A stretch of 53,037 nt of DNA, from UHGV virus genome UHGV-0150124; one strand, given 5' to 3'. The translations under genes were made by a program, and so were the position numbers. The stretch's first letter is position 1. Every line of letters begins with the position of its first letter. The notes under the pieces are model-generated. The model was not told where the DNA came from, searched no databases, and saw only the letters and a program-made list of their open reading frames with translations. The DNA comes from a virus. Below are positions 1 to 10,031 of the stretch, piece by piece.

Positions 1-196
1 GAATTATCTGATCATATGACGTGGCTTTTTTGCGATCGGATAGCAACAAAAATTGATAAAAATAACGGGATCTCAATGATTACGCACAACTTCAATACCC
101 TGGACTTACTCACCAGTCCTGTCTGGAATGATTAGCGCAACGAATAATCATTTATGAAACAGAATGTTATGTTGTTTTTGATTTTGGTTTTTGATA

Positions 197-218
197 TTTG
201 GTCACTATTTGGTACACA
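197..218. repeat. Candidate attL core: TTTGGTCACTATTTGGTACACA, 20/22 identical to 52499..52520
   Basis: Direct repeat found by eye at both ends of the phage gene block; right copy lies 15 bp outside the integrase start codon. Confidence 0.45.
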
Positions 219-245
219 AAAAGAAACGAGGCGTTAGCCTCGTTT
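216..245 (-). terminator. Rho-independent terminator closing the minus-strand tail operon
   Basis: GC-rich hairpin AAACGAGGC-GTTA-GCCTCGTTT followed on the minus strand by CTTTTTGTG. Confidence 0.55.
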
Positions 246-289
246 CGCGGCGATGTCTTTAACATCACCATGCTGTTACTATTGCACCA

Positions 290-574
290 TCAAGCCCACG
301 CGCGGACGCCGGGATCTGGAATGATGATTTTTTCCAGCGGCGACAAATCAACATCGTCACCAGTAATGCGCATGTTGACGTAATAGCCTTTTTTCTCAAT
401 CAGTACAGGCGTGTCGCTTTCTGGATCATCGAATACAAGAACAAAACCAATGTCATTAATAAACACGGTTTGCTGATTGGTGTCCAGCCAGCCGCTGTTA
501 ATCACGATGTCGTTGTATTGCTGTTTATCAGTAAATTGCAAGCTAACGTCTTTCATGTTAACCACCTTAAACAA
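290..574 (-). CDS. Hypothetical protein downstream of the tail fibre gene (possible fibre assembly factor)
   Basis: 94-aa ORF whose start overlaps the tail fibre stop; no recognisable motif. Confidence 0.35.
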   Translation of the reverse strand: MFKVVNMKDVSLQFTDKQQYNDIVINSGWLDTNQQTVFINDIGFVLVFDDPESDTPVLIEKKGYYVNMRITGDDVDLSPLEKIIIPDPGVRAWA

Positions 575-2354
575 TTTCGCTTAATTGAGAATCAGTTAAT
601 GCTTTGTGCCAAATACGAAAATTTCTGATATGTCCGAACAAGTGGCGCGTTCCATCGGATGTCTGACCACCAAAGCGGATGTTTTTGTCCTGTGTCACAC
701 CACCGTAGATACAAGTCGCATCACTAGCAGGTGCACCGTTCATGATCACATGGAATGTTCCATCGCCTTTAACCACCGCGCCAATAGTGGCGTTATCAGT
801 TAACTTAACACCAGCGGCAGAATTGATGTAAGCACCGTCGCTTTTGGATAGAGACATGTAATACTGATTGCTACCACGGTTAACCGCAGCGATAACTGAC
901 TGCCCATTCTTAGCGTTGGCAATATCCCAAACACGCGGCGCGGAGTTAGGCGCTCTGAACCAGTCCTTGTGAAGTTCGAGCAGGAAACTGAACGGAGGAC
1001 GCGCAAGGTTGTTTTTAGTCGTAATACTTACCAGATCGCTCGCACGGGTAGAAGGAGTTGAACCTGAGCTAATATACGATGATGCATTCGTACCAAGTTC
1101 GACTTGAGGAGTTGCCAGTTCCATGTAGTCGCCGGACACGAACGCGCTAACCGGAGCAAACTGAATTTGCGCGGTAACCAGCGTTACGGTTGATTTATAC
1201 GTCACCACTGCGCGATTCCATCCGGTGATGCTGTCCGTTGTTACGCTAACAGTGAGTTTGTCTGCATCGCCGCCTGTCTTCGTTACAGACATGTCGCTTA
1301 GTTTGATATACGCATCACACAGGAATGCCAGACTGGAAGTGTCTTCACCACCAGCAAAACGGATACGCAACCGGACGTCGTTTGACGAACGAAAACGACA
1401 AGAAGCGGTGACGTACTGTTCATCGTGCTGAGTAGTGTCGATAACGTTAGCAGTGATCACTGACGCCATGTTGCAACCACCAGTGCCGCCAACTGCACTG
1501 TCGTCGATCACGAATTTTCCGTACAGGAAACCGTAGCTGTCAGTTTCTGCTGTAGCGGTGACATTAGTTGATCGGCCCCAATTTGCAGGGACGCTACCGT
1601 TGATAAGGAAGTTTGTGCGAGCACCTTCGATTAATAATCCTTCGCGTTCGAAACGTGGCTCGTTAATATCAGCTACGGTTAAAACTCCTGATTTGTTAAT
1701 GTAAGTAGCTGTACTTGCGCGGGAGAAAGAAACAACCTTATCTGATGATATTGTTTTTTCTTCACCATCAATGGTTACTTTTTTCGTGCCTGGGCCGTAG
1801 CCAGTGATTATATCCAGAGAATCGTTAAACGGTATCCATACGTCCGGCAGCGGCTGCAAAACATACGCGTAAGGCTGTGCCGTCTGATTGGCGTATTCGT
1901 GGGCCTCGTCTCTGTATGTCTTAGCTGAATCGGCGGCGGTTGTCGCTGTTGTTGCCGCGTTGGTTGCAGTGGTAGCTGATTCTGATGCTAATTTCGAGGC
2001 TGAAATAACATCTTTGTTGTCGCTAAAAAATTCAACGGCGTCAGCTATTTCTGATTCTTTGCCCTGATAGTAACGCAGTGTTTCGGCAACATCCTGAGCA
2101 AGGCCATCCACAGAGATCGAATCTGAAAGCAGGATGCTATATTTAGTTCCAGCCGGAATTGCCGGGCTTGCCGCCGGAGTTACTGACAAACTTGTCGCGC
2201 TTTTTACCTCTGTGATTGAGAAAATCTGCACCGGATTGCTAATGGCAATAAGGGTGCAACCCACTCTAATCATAGATAATGCGGCATTGAATTCAGTGCC
2301 AGCTCCAGTAACTGTTTTTCCGCTAACGGCTATCGTGCCTGTTGTGTAAATCAT
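567..2354 (-). CDS. Tail fibre protein
   Basis: 595-aa ORF directly downstream of the J-like gene; Ser/Thr/Ala-rich shaft-like region; C-terminal region reminiscent of a lectin-like jelly-roll (by eye). Confidence 0.6.
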   Translation of the reverse strand: MIYTTGTIAVSGKTVTGAGTEFNAALSMIRVGCTLIAISNPVQIFSITEVKSATSLSVTPAASPAIPAGTKYSILLSDSISVDGLAQDVAETLRYYQGKESEIADAVEFFSDNKDVISASKLASESATTATNAATTATTAADSAKTYRDEAHEYANQTAQPYAYVLQPLPDVWIPFNDSLDIITGYGPGTKKVTIDGEEKTISSDKVVSFSRASTATYINKSGVLTVADINEPRFEREGLLIEGARTNFLINGSVPANWGRSTNVTATAETDSYGFLYGKFVIDDSAVGGTGGCNMASVITANVIDTTQHDEQYVTASCRFRSSNDVRLRIRFAGGEDTSSLAFLCDAYIKLSDMSVTKTGGDADKLTVSVTTDSITGWNRAVVTYKSTVTLVTAQIQFAPVSAFVSGDYMELATPQVELGTNASSYISSGSTPSTRASDLVSITTKNNLARPPFSFLLELHKDWFRAPNSAPRVWDIANAKNGQSVIAAVNRGSNQYYMSLSKSDGAYINSAAGVKLTDNATIGAVVKGDGTFHVIMNGAPASDATCIYGGVTQDKNIRFGGQTSDGTRHLFGHIRNFRIWHKALTDSQLSEIV

Positions 2355-2551
2355 TGCAATAACTCCATTATGTTAATTAACGGAATAATTCTACCATTTT
2401 GTAATCCGCGTTACACTTTGAGCTTATACATAATGTATTTTTTGATCTATGTCAACATACTAAATGATAGCTTCTGCGGTGATTTGCTCATCGGATGGGT
2501 GGATCATCACGAACAACAAATGACAGTAAAACAAACAGTAAGGTGAATACA

Positions 2552-2812
2552 ATGAAAAAACTAATTGTTGCTTGCATCTTATCGGCTCTGTCTTTTGGTG
2601 CTTTTGCTTCTGTAAATTCGACAGATAAGAGTGATGCTGGCACTGCTCAATATGGTGATACTAGCCTTGATAACCAACGTTCGAGTTATTTCAATACTGA
2701 CTCATGGAAAGAAAAACAACTACAAGGTAAAATTATTGACAGTGAATGTAATTTACCTATCCATTTTTCTGGTGTAAATGATGGGTGTGAAAAAAATAAA
2801 AACAATGCATAA
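2552..2812 (+). CDS. Small secreted protein, opposite-strand moron
   Basis: ATG at 2552 after AAGGTGA; N-terminal signal peptide MKKLIVACILSALSFGAFA; AT-rich; followed by terminator. Confidence 0.5.
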   Translation: MKKLIVACILSALSFGAFASVNSTDKSDAGTAQYGDTSLDNQRSSYFNTDSWKEKQLQGKIIDSECNLPIHFSGVNDGCEKNKNNA

Positions 2813-2840
2813 AAAAACGGGGCTTATGCCCCGTTTTTTA
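2811..2840. terminator. Bidirectional intrinsic terminator
   Basis: A-run, hairpin AACGGGGC-TTAT-GCCCCGTT, T-run; sits between convergent genes. Confidence 0.6.
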
Positions 2841-5800
2841 TGCTGTCGTTGATGTTATAAATGATCCGGTGCCTCTTGCTACTATCATTGTTGGAGAATA
2901 CAACGCGGTACAATATGCGTATCCTTCAGATGATGATGTTTGAGGACAATATATTTTCCCGATAATATCTGATGCTTTTAAACCAGAAAAAGCGCATTGC
3001 ACTGTTAATGTGCATCCACCATAAGGCACGTAATATGAAATTGTTTTGTTTTTATCTCCGCAACTAAACGTTACGTTATAAGTGGATCTATATTCACCAG
3101 ACATTAATGAAATAGTCGCCATAAGCATAACTGATTTCGTCAATGCATTATCCGTGCTGTCTTTATATGTGATGGTTGCGCTATAACTTCCGTTATGCCC
3201 AAGTACTCGATCTGGACCAACCCCCATGTTAGCAACGTCACCGATAAATGACTTTGCCTCTACTGTACCTTTAAACTTCCCGCTTGTGGCCTGAATCTCA
3301 CCAGTGAATTTACCAGATGTTGCGTACACCGTACCGCGTACAGTGACGTTGTTGAACTCCGCATTGCCGTTTTTATTTAGCATCCAGCCAGCCGAACCAG
3401 CTTTATAGTTGGTTGACTGAATTTGCTGCGCAATCTTCGCGGTAGTGATTGATGCGTCTCTGATCCACGCATCACGGATGTAGCAAGCACCGTTAGTAAC
3501 ATAGAACGGGGTCTGATAGGAGCCACCTGCCGCAGTCATAAGCACGAAACGGTCAACGAGGAAAATACACTGCGATTGAACGTTAGTCCCGCTACCAGTA
3601 AGGCCGAGCGACATTCCTGTAGCGTATTTCATACCGTTTTTATCAGTGGCAATCTTAATTGAATATGACGCATCAACGTTACCTTTGAAGTCAGTCAGTG
3701 CTTTTGATGTCGTTTCTATCGCCGTTGTGTTTCCGTTAATAGTTACTTTCAACTGGTCGATTCTGGTTGACAATGCCTCGTCTGCCGTTGCCATAGCCTG
3801 TGACCATTCCGTGATGCTTGAGTTTACATCGTCGAAAGATGCCGAGATCTGGCCAAATTTTTCCGCGCTTGATGTTTCATGCGTAGAAAGTGCAGTTGAC
3901 ACTTCGGATACTTTCGAATTAATCGTACTGGTAAGCGATGAGTTAAGGCTGCTGATTGCGTCAGTGCGTGCATTCTTCTCATCTGCGATCGCTTTATCCA
4001 TCCTGGTTACGTTGCTTGTCACCTTGCTATCGAGCGTGGAAATTGACGCATTAACCCCGCTAATAGCTTCTGCGCGTGCGCTTGATTCATCGGCGATAGC
4101 CTGATCCAGGCGCTTAACACTGGCGTCAGTTTTGCTTTCAAGGGTACTGATATTGGCGTTAACGTTGCTAATGGCTTCAGCGCGTGCGCTTGATTCATCG
4201 GCTATCGCTGTATCTACCCTTGCTATTTCCGCTTTTGTTTTTGTTTGCCCTTTCCTGTATTTCGCCTCAATAATAGTGCTCATCTTGCTTTGTGCCATTG
4301 AGTTATTAATAAGAGCAAGTGAGGCGTTTTGCAGACTTGCTTTCGCCTGATCTATCTCGTCGCTGTTTTTATCAACCTCACTTTTAACGCCGTCAAGCGA
4401 CGCGCTGATACCTGATATCGCCTGAGCACGTGCGCTTGATTCATCGGCGATAGCCTGATCCAGGCGCTTAACACTGGCATTTGTGTTATTTTCAAGCGTT
4501 GTTAAATCAGCTTTAACCACTGTTATTGCGTCGCTTCTTGCCTGCGTTTCATCTGATATTGCTTTATCAAGGCGGGAAACGCTGGCGTCAGTTTTCTTGT
4601 CAAGCGTTGAGATACTTGCGTTCACGTCGCTGATAGCCTGAGTACGCGCACTTGTTTCGTCTGCAATTGCCCGGTCAAGACGGTTTACGCTGGCGTCAGT
4701 TTTCTTGTCAAGATTGCTTATTGAAGCGTTCACGCCGTTAATGGCTTCAGCGCGTGCGCTGGCCTCGTCAGCCACTGCGCGTTCCACACTGGAGATCTGA
4801 CCTTTAAGGTTAGAATCCATCGTGTTCATTTCTGCCGTGATGGTTTCCAGTGATTCCGCTGTCGCTTTTTTCTCTTCAGCGATAACGTTGTCAATACGGT
4901 CAATTTCAGCCTTCGTCTCTGTCCTACCTTTCTTGTACTGAGCGGTAAGAGTTACGCGAGTGTTAGTCTGTGCAAGCGAGTTATTGATAAGCGCCAATGA
5001 CGCGTTTTGCAGGCTTGCTTTTGCTTGCGCCAGTTCGCTGCCAACTTTTTCGCTGGATACTTCAAGGGAGTCTATTCTTGACTCATGCTGCCCAATATCA
5101 TCGGCGTTTTCCTTAACTTTTTTATAAAGATCTTCCGTTTCTTTTTTAAGTGTATCCGTGTCAGCTTTTATCGATCCTGTTTCTGTGATTAGGTTGTCAG
5201 TTTCAGTCCTTAAATCGTCAGTTATTTCGGTCAGATTGTCAGTTGCAGTTTTAAGGTCATTCGTAGCGCTTTCGATAAGATCAGTGCGGTCGCCTAGATC
5301 TTTAATGTCATCAACCATTTCTTTAAACTGTTTTGAATTCATCACGTCTTTGGTGACGTAATCGGTGATTTCATCAAAGTTTTCTGTTGGCTTACCTGAT
5401 GCTTCAACGAAATCTGACACGCCGAAAGCGTTACGTGTGCGCACATAAACGTAATATGTGTGACCTGTATTCATGCCGCCAAACGTCCACTGATGACCAC
5501 GACCTGTATATTGTGCTTTAGTGGTTACTGATGCCGGGTCGGTGATCTGTGTTTCACCTGAGTAATAAAACTCATAACTGGTATCAGTGGTGAGCGTTGT
5601 TCTGCTGATCGGGTAAACGGTAGCCTGGAATACACCAGGAACCCAATTAACGCCGACGGGGGCCGCTGGTGCACCAATAACCAGATCCACAATACTTTCC
5701 GCGCCCTTCATGCCAGTATCATTACGCCCGCGAATACCTAATGAATAGATTCCTGAGTCAATGCCATAAAAATCATAACTGTAATTCGTAGTTTCGTAGC

Positions 5801-7787
5801 TTTTGACTACAGCGCCAGTGGTGTTATATACGCGGATTTCAAAGGTCAGGCGACGGGTTGTCGTCTGTGTTTCCCACGTTGCGCGACACTGGACCGTTTC
5901 GGATCCAATGTTTATCACCTTCAGATTTTCAATGTTCGGCACGCGGAAGTGATTAAGCGTGTCGTTATTGATCTCGAAGATTGCACCATTATCAACTACA
6001 GCCTGTTTGTGTGGGTCGTGCTGTGCTGCCTCGATGGTGTATACGCTGTTATTTTCTGTTTCTGCTACGCTGGTGATTCGACATAAAACGGGTTTTGCTG
6101 CGTTGGTTGATACAGCAAAAACAGTGCCGTTACGAATCCATGCCGGGGCGTGTGCAAGGGTGATATTGTTCCCGTTAACTCCGGTGATCTGGTGTTTTTT
6201 AAATTTACCATCGCTATCGAGTAAGCTGATGGTGTCACCAGGGGCGATGTATTCAGAATCAACCTTATCGACAGTTATTACTCTTCCATTGTTGGCCACG
6301 ATACGACCGCCTAAACGAGCGCCTGCGCGGTTATTGTCGAGTATCTCGATAATATCACCTGGCGTAAAGTGAATCGCGTCACGGGCCATTTTAAACGTGA
6401 ATTTTGATGGTTCGCGTTTTGCTGTTTCTATCAGCCATTTTCCAGCGCGGTGCGCTTGCCCGCGTGAAGTGCAACCGAACGCCTCCAACGTGGTTTCGTT
6501 ATAACCATCACGGGCGATTAGTTTATCATCTGCGACATATTCTTTTGATTGCTCCCAGCCGTTTTCAGGGTCAGTCCAGGATACGATCACGGCGTTGTAG
6601 CATTCTGCGCGTGCGATACTTGAACGAGTAAATGCGCCATCAACGACGTTTGCATTTGTGATGGTGGCGATTGGATCTTGTGGCGCATCAATCATCACGG
6701 TAAGGCGTTGTCCATCCCATAACGCGATACCACGGAACATACCTGCGATGTTATCCAGTAGGTCGCGGGCGCTCATTTGCTCCGTAATGTAAGCGTTAAG
6801 CGTCATGCGAGGCTCAAGGCCACCATAGCCATCATCAACCAACTGATCGCAGTATTGAGAAAGCACGTACAAAGCGCCATCATCAACATCAATGTAACCA
6901 GCATGTCGAGCAAGCCCAAAGCGCTCGTTTTTAACCAGATACCGGAAAAGCCATGCAGGGTTATTGGTATACGCCTTTTTAAATCCACCAAGCCATAAAC
7001 CTGAATATGTGCGCGTTTCAGGATTGTAGTTGTCAGGCACATCAACAATCAGGCCACGAAGGTGATAGGTGCGGGTAGGCGTATCAGTATATTGATCGTG
7101 GTCAATTACTGCGCCAGCTACAGCGGTATGAGGATAAGACAGGTTATCGTCGATTATCTCGCTGTAACTGCTCCACCGCGTATCGTTCCGCAATAGATCG
7201 CTGTTGCTGTCTGCTGTCACGCGACGAACGCGAATATCAAACGGTTTTTCATCCGGTGCTTTAATGATGTGGGCTTCCAGATACTCACCGCTTTGTTTGC
7301 CGGGGCCAATTTGTATATCCTTAATCAGCGACCACGTAGAAGATGATGACGGTTTAACATCAACCATCAACATGACGGATGTATTATATTGATTGCCCTT
7401 TTCATCTGACTGAACGAGAGCATCAACGCCAAGATTCAACCTGACGCGGGTAACGTTTGGATCTGAAACAGTCCTGATTATTGGTGTGTCGTGAGTTACC
7501 TTTGCGTTGACAATAACGGTTGACTCAATGGCGTTAAAACCATTAATCGGCGATTGGTCAGTCGTGCCGTTGCGCCAGGCTATACTAATCCCCGGAATTG
7601 ATGTATTCCCGTTTGCGTCAGTAACAGGAGTGTCATTAAGCATCACGTCATTCAATGGCGCTTTCTGGTTTGCCGGACCGTATATCGGCCCTTCGCTGAG
7701 AATATCTAAAACACGATAAAACTGTTTGTGATACAGGTTATCGTTCAATAATGTTGGTGTTTTGGCTTTGCCGCCGCCGCTACTCAT
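2838..7787 (-). CDS. J: Host specificity / central tail fibre protein (lambda J-like) with a long repetitive coiled-coil insertion
   Basis: 1649 aa; N-terminal ~700 aa align by eye with lambda gpJ (e.g. WSSYSEIID...RTYHLRGLIVDVPDNYNPETRTYSGLW vs WSSYTEIID...RNYHLRGRILQVPSNYNPQTRQYSGIW); central ~36-aa repeats. Confidence 0.85.
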   Translation of the reverse strand: MSSGGGKAKTPTLLNDNLYHKQFYRVLDILSEGPIYGPANQKAPLNDVMLNDTPVTDANGNTSIPGISIAWRNGTTDQSPINGFNAIESTVIVNAKVTHDTPIIRTVSDPNVTRVRLNLGVDALVQSDEKGNQYNTSVMLMVDVKPSSSSTWSLIKDIQIGPGKQSGEYLEAHIIKAPDEKPFDIRVRRVTADSNSDLLRNDTRWSSYSEIIDDNLSYPHTAVAGAVIDHDQYTDTPTRTYHLRGLIVDVPDNYNPETRTYSGLWLGGFKKAYTNNPAWLFRYLVKNERFGLARHAGYIDVDDGALYVLSQYCDQLVDDGYGGLEPRMTLNAYITEQMSARDLLDNIAGMFRGIALWDGQRLTVMIDAPQDPIATITNANVVDGAFTRSSIARAECYNAVIVSWTDPENGWEQSKEYVADDKLIARDGYNETTLEAFGCTSRGQAHRAGKWLIETAKREPSKFTFKMARDAIHFTPGDIIEILDNNRAGARLGGRIVANNGRVITVDKVDSEYIAPGDTISLLDSDGKFKKHQITGVNGNNITLAHAPAWIRNGTVFAVSTNAAKPVLCRITSVAETENNSVYTIEAAQHDPHKQAVVDNGAIFEINNDTLNHFRVPNIENLKVINIGSETVQCRATWETQTTTRRLTFEIRVYNTTGAVVKSYETTNYSYDFYGIDSGIYSLGIRGRNDTGMKGAESIVDLVIGAPAAPVGVNWVPGVFQATVYPISRTTLTTDTSYEFYYSGETQITDPASVTTKAQYTGRGHQWTFGGMNTGHTYYVYVRTRNAFGVSDFVEASGKPTENFDEITDYVTKDVMNSKQFKEMVDDIKDLGDRTDLIESATNDLKTATDNLTEITDDLRTETDNLITETGSIKADTDTLKKETEDLYKKVKENADDIGQHESRIDSLEVSSEKVGSELAQAKASLQNASLALINNSLAQTNTRVTLTAQYKKGRTETKAEIDRIDNVIAEEKKATAESLETITAEMNTMDSNLKGQISSVERAVADEASARAEAINGVNASISNLDKKTDASVNRLDRAIADETSARTQAISDVNASISTLDKKTDASVSRLDKAISDETQARSDAITVVKADLTTLENNTNASVKRLDQAIADESSARAQAISGISASLDGVKSEVDKNSDEIDQAKASLQNASLALINNSMAQSKMSTIIEAKYRKGQTKTKAEIARVDTAIADESSARAEAISNVNANISTLESKTDASVKRLDQAIADESSARAEAISGVNASISTLDSKVTSNVTRMDKAIADEKNARTDAISSLNSSLTSTINSKVSEVSTALSTHETSSAEKFGQISASFDDVNSSITEWSQAMATADEALSTRIDQLKVTINGNTTAIETTSKALTDFKGNVDASYSIKIATDKNGMKYATGMSLGLTGSGTNVQSQCIFLVDRFVLMTAAGGSYQTPFYVTNGACYIRDAWIRDASITTAKIAQQIQSTNYKAGSAGWMLNKNGNAEFNNVTVRGTVYATSGKFTGEIQATSGKFKGTVEAKSFIGDVANMGVGPDRVLGHNGSYSATITYKDSTDNALTKSVMLMATISLMSGEYRSTYNVTFSCGDKNKTISYYVPYGGCTLTVQCAFSGLKASDIIGKIYCPQTSSSEGYAYCTALYSPTMIVARGTGSFITSTTA
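3900..5100 (-). repeat. Intragenic near-tandem ~108-bp repeats inside the J-like gene
   Basis: Near-identical DNA blocks, e.g. GCGCGTGCGCTTGATTCATCGGCGATAGCCTGATCCAGGCGCTTAACACTGGC at ~4071 and ~4435; encode repeated RLDxAIADE(S/T)SARAxAIS units. Confidence 0.6.
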
Positions 7788-7801
7788 GGCTTTTTCTCCT
7801 G

Positions 7802-8332
7802 TTAACTTACAACGTCTAAGGCGTCTCTATTGTTGCTTGTGTCTATGCCTAACGATCCGACGTTTGAACCTATTTTCATTTCACCTAATAGTATTGGCAC
7901 TGGTCTACCCTGGCCCACCTTGTTTTCAATGCTGGTGTAGGTGTTGTTCGTTATGGTGTTATCTTGTGCGCTTTCTGCCGATGTTTTTATCTTCATGTTG
8001 CGGGACATAAAGATTGAGAACGCAACGCTAACCACCGAAACACCAATCAGGATCCAGCCTACAACACCAATCCCAGCAATACCGCCTTCAACTACTGGCG
8101 CAATAATGACGGTAGTTCCGTCAGGGTATTTACTATTAACCGCTGCCGGGGCCGTCTTTTCGTTATAATCTTTCCCGGCAATCCGTAACCGCAAAGGTGT
8201 ATTTAAAAAAGCCTTCTTGAATTCCTGATTCTGCGCGGTCAATAAGCGAAGCCCTTGCGCTGGCGTTTCAACGTTTAAACACACTTTGCTGTAATATCTT
8301 CGAAGATTGCCCGTAAATCTAAATTTGAGCAT
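7802..8332 (-). CDS. Tail assembly protein (lambda I-like)
   Basis: 176-aa ORF between K-like and J-like genes; hydrophobic central segment; assignment by position. Confidence 0.5.
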   Translation of the reverse strand: MLKFRFTGNLRRYYSKVCLNVETPAQGLRLLTAQNQEFKKAFLNTPLRLRIAGKDYNEKTAPAAVNSKYPDGTTVIIAPVVEGGIAGIGVVGWILIGVSVVSVAFSIFMSRNMKIKTSAESAQDNTITNNTYTSIENKVGQGRPVPILLGEMKIGSNVGSLGIDTSNNRDALDVVS

Positions 8333-9006
8333 TTATCAGATCTCCATATTGAATGCGTTTGTCGAACATAAGCAGGCCGCATTTGCTCGCGGCGGCTTAA
8401 TAATCCGGCATGGTCATGATGCAAAACCGTGTTATCACCCAGGTAAATCATTGCGTGACACGGGTCAGCGCCTTTGAATGGCTGGCGAATGATCACATCA
8501 CCAGGCTGTATGCTTTGCGCATCAACCTGATAAAACCCGTTCAATGGCAGGTTTTTTAAATACAGGTTTTCACCGCGAAGCCACCAGCCATCAAGGCGCT
8601 CGAAGTCAGGCAGATCTACACCGCAAAGGTGATATGCGTCGCGGAAAAGCGCGTAACAGTCTGTCGTTCCGTGTACGAATTTACGGCCTAGCAGGTGCGC
8701 AACCGGACGGAATTTCCTGATCTTGCCGCCGGAATATAAAAACCAGGGTAGCCCGGAAATAACCTGTTGCTGTCGATCCCGCGCTGACAATACAGGAATA
8801 TCACCAACGTGGGAGTGGAAAACGGCGGTTATAACGCCCAATTCGTCCGCTTTGATGTAATCGTCCGGCGAAATCTTGAAGCTGTTGTAAGGTGTTTCAG
8901 ACACGTTAGCGCACGGGTAAAAATACTCGTTATCTATTACAAGTCCGCAAACTTCCTCAAACGGATGCGCGGCGGCATAACGCGACATTTTGTCTTCCAT
9001 CCCCAT
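8275..9006 (-). CDS. Tail tip assembly protein K-like
   Basis: JAB/MPN-like AVFHSHVGD motif and Cys-containing peptidase-like region; position between L and I; track ORF extends to 9081, internal start at 9006 preferred. Confidence 0.65.
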   Translation of the reverse strand: MGMEDKMSRYAAAHPFEEVCGLVIDNEYFYPCANVSETPYNSFKISPDDYIKADELGVITAVFHSHVGDIPVLSARDRQQQVISGLPWFLYSGGKIRKFRPVAHLLGRKFVHGTTDCYALFRDAYHLCGVDLPDFERLDGWWLRGENLYLKNLPLNGFYQVDAQSIQPGDVIIRQPFKGADPCHAMIYLGDNTVLHHDHAGLLSRREQMRPAYVRQTHSIWRSDKCSNLDLRAIFEDITAKCV

Positions 9007-9008
9007 GA

Positions 9009-9713
9009 TTAACCTACCTTGCTGGAACCAGGAAAACAGGAGATCGGCAGTGCTGCCGGACGCGGAAAACGCAAACGGCAACCGCTAAGGCGGTGGCTGC
9101 ATTTGTCTAACGTTGGGTCACTTGTTGGTGTATCTTTATCAGTTGCGACCGGGCCGCCAGAATACATGCACCCGTCGCCTCTGTATTGCCACTGACAAAC
9201 GTCAGCAAGGATGGTGCGCCCTGGGATAACGGCTTTATCTGCATCAATTGGCGTTGACAATTCATATTGCACCTGATCCGCTGTTTCTTCGCTCATTGCT
9301 TCAACGACGTAAAAAGATACAGCCTCAATAGATGGATCTGCGTCTGGATTGCCGTTAGGGAAGTTAACGGCGTCCAGGTATTTAACCTCCACCTGGCGGC
9401 GCGTAACCTTCATTCCTCGCAGGTCGTTGAAATCGTTATTCATCCCTGTGATTAGCCCGCCGATATTGGCTACAACCATTTGAGGCCGCGAATAAACGCC
9501 CTCGTTTTTCATTTCGAAGCCCGTCGTCTCGATCGGGTAGCTGTTGTAAGCTACTCCCTTCCAGATAACCTGGCCGTAATAGCCGTTCGCGCCGGAATGG
9601 AAGCGGATAACCTCGCCTCCCAGGGGAGTAAGGTCCAGTTCAAATAAGTCAATGACCGCGCCAACTCCGGCATCGACGGAATCAATAATCATCTCTCTCG
9701 GAATATTGCGCAT
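9009..9713 (-). CDS. Minor tail protein L-like
   Basis: 234 aa; alignment by eye with lambda gpL (LDAVNF...GN..ADP, C-terminal Cys cluster). Confidence 0.8.
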   Translation of the reverse strand: MRNIPREMIIDSVDAGVGAVIDLFELDLTPLGGEVIRFHSGANGYYGQVIWKGVAYNSYPIETTGFEMKNEGVYSRPQMVVANIGGLITGMNNDFNDLRGMKVTRRQVEVKYLDAVNFPNGNPDADPSIEAVSFYVVEAMSEETADQVQYELSTPIDADKAVIPGRTILADVCQWQYRGDGCMYSGGPVATDKDTPTSDPTLDKCSHRLSGCRLRFPRPAALPISCFPGSSKVG

Positions 9714-9731
9714 TTTCTCACCTTGTCATTT

Positions 9732-9747
9732 TGTGATATGCGTCACA
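9732..9747. promoter_or_regulatory. CRP-consensus palindrome TGTGATATGCGTCACA
   Basis: Perfect TGTGA-N6-TCACA half-sites, ~62 bp upstream of a candidate promoter start. Confidence 0.4.
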
Positions 9748-9767
9748 CTAAATCACACCAAAATGGA

Positions 9768-9796
9768 TTGATCATGGTTTTTACAATATGTATATT
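9768..9796 (+). promoter_or_regulatory. Candidate sigma70 promoter for the plus-strand moron cassette
   Basis: -35 TTGATC (9768..9773), 17-bp spacer, -10 TATATT (9791..9796). Confidence 0.35.
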
Positions 9797-9824
9797 TTAC
9801 TCAAACGAAGGGGAAGTTAACAAA

Positions 9825-10031
9825 ATGGCGCGGAGGTGCGTTATGACTGAAAAGCCATGGAAGTTGACGGTATTCATGACAGACGGTAGGGAAAAGGTTA
9901 TCGCCCTGTATGACGACGAGGGGGAAGCATTGGTTGACGCGCTTTTACTTGCTGAGGATGACCGCCTTTTGGGATACCAGATCGAACCTGTCAAATATGA
10001 GGCTAACAAAAATGAAAAAATACAGTCTTGA
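9825..10031 (+). CDS. Hypothetical protein, moron cassette gene 1
   Basis: ATG at 9825 after GAAGGGGAAG; opposite strand to surrounding tail genes. Confidence 0.4.
   Translation: MARRCVMTEKPWKLTVFMTDGREKVIALYDDEGEALVDALLLAEDDRLLGYQIEPVKYEANKNEKIQS

Noticed and set aside
118-129. 12-mer GTCCTGTCTGGA shared between left flank (118..129) and right flank (52667..52678)
   Set aside because: Too short to separate chance from a meaningful outer repeat; the 22-bp repeat abutting the phage genes is the better boundary candidate
198-383. 61-aa plus-strand ORF at the left end
   Set aside because: Spans the candidate attL, the terminator and the 3' end of a minus-strand gene; no RBS
3646-4104. Plus-strand ORFs inside the J-like gene (3646..4104, 4132..4350, 5158..5361, 5959..6372 and others)
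   Set aside because: Antisense to a long ORF with clear lambda-J similarity; low-complexity translations typical of reverse-frame artefacts in repeat-rich coding sequence
3900-5100. Possible CRISPR-like repeat array suggested by recurring DNA blocks
   Set aside because: Repeats are in-frame coding repeats inside the J-like gene, irregular in length and spacing, with no spacer structure
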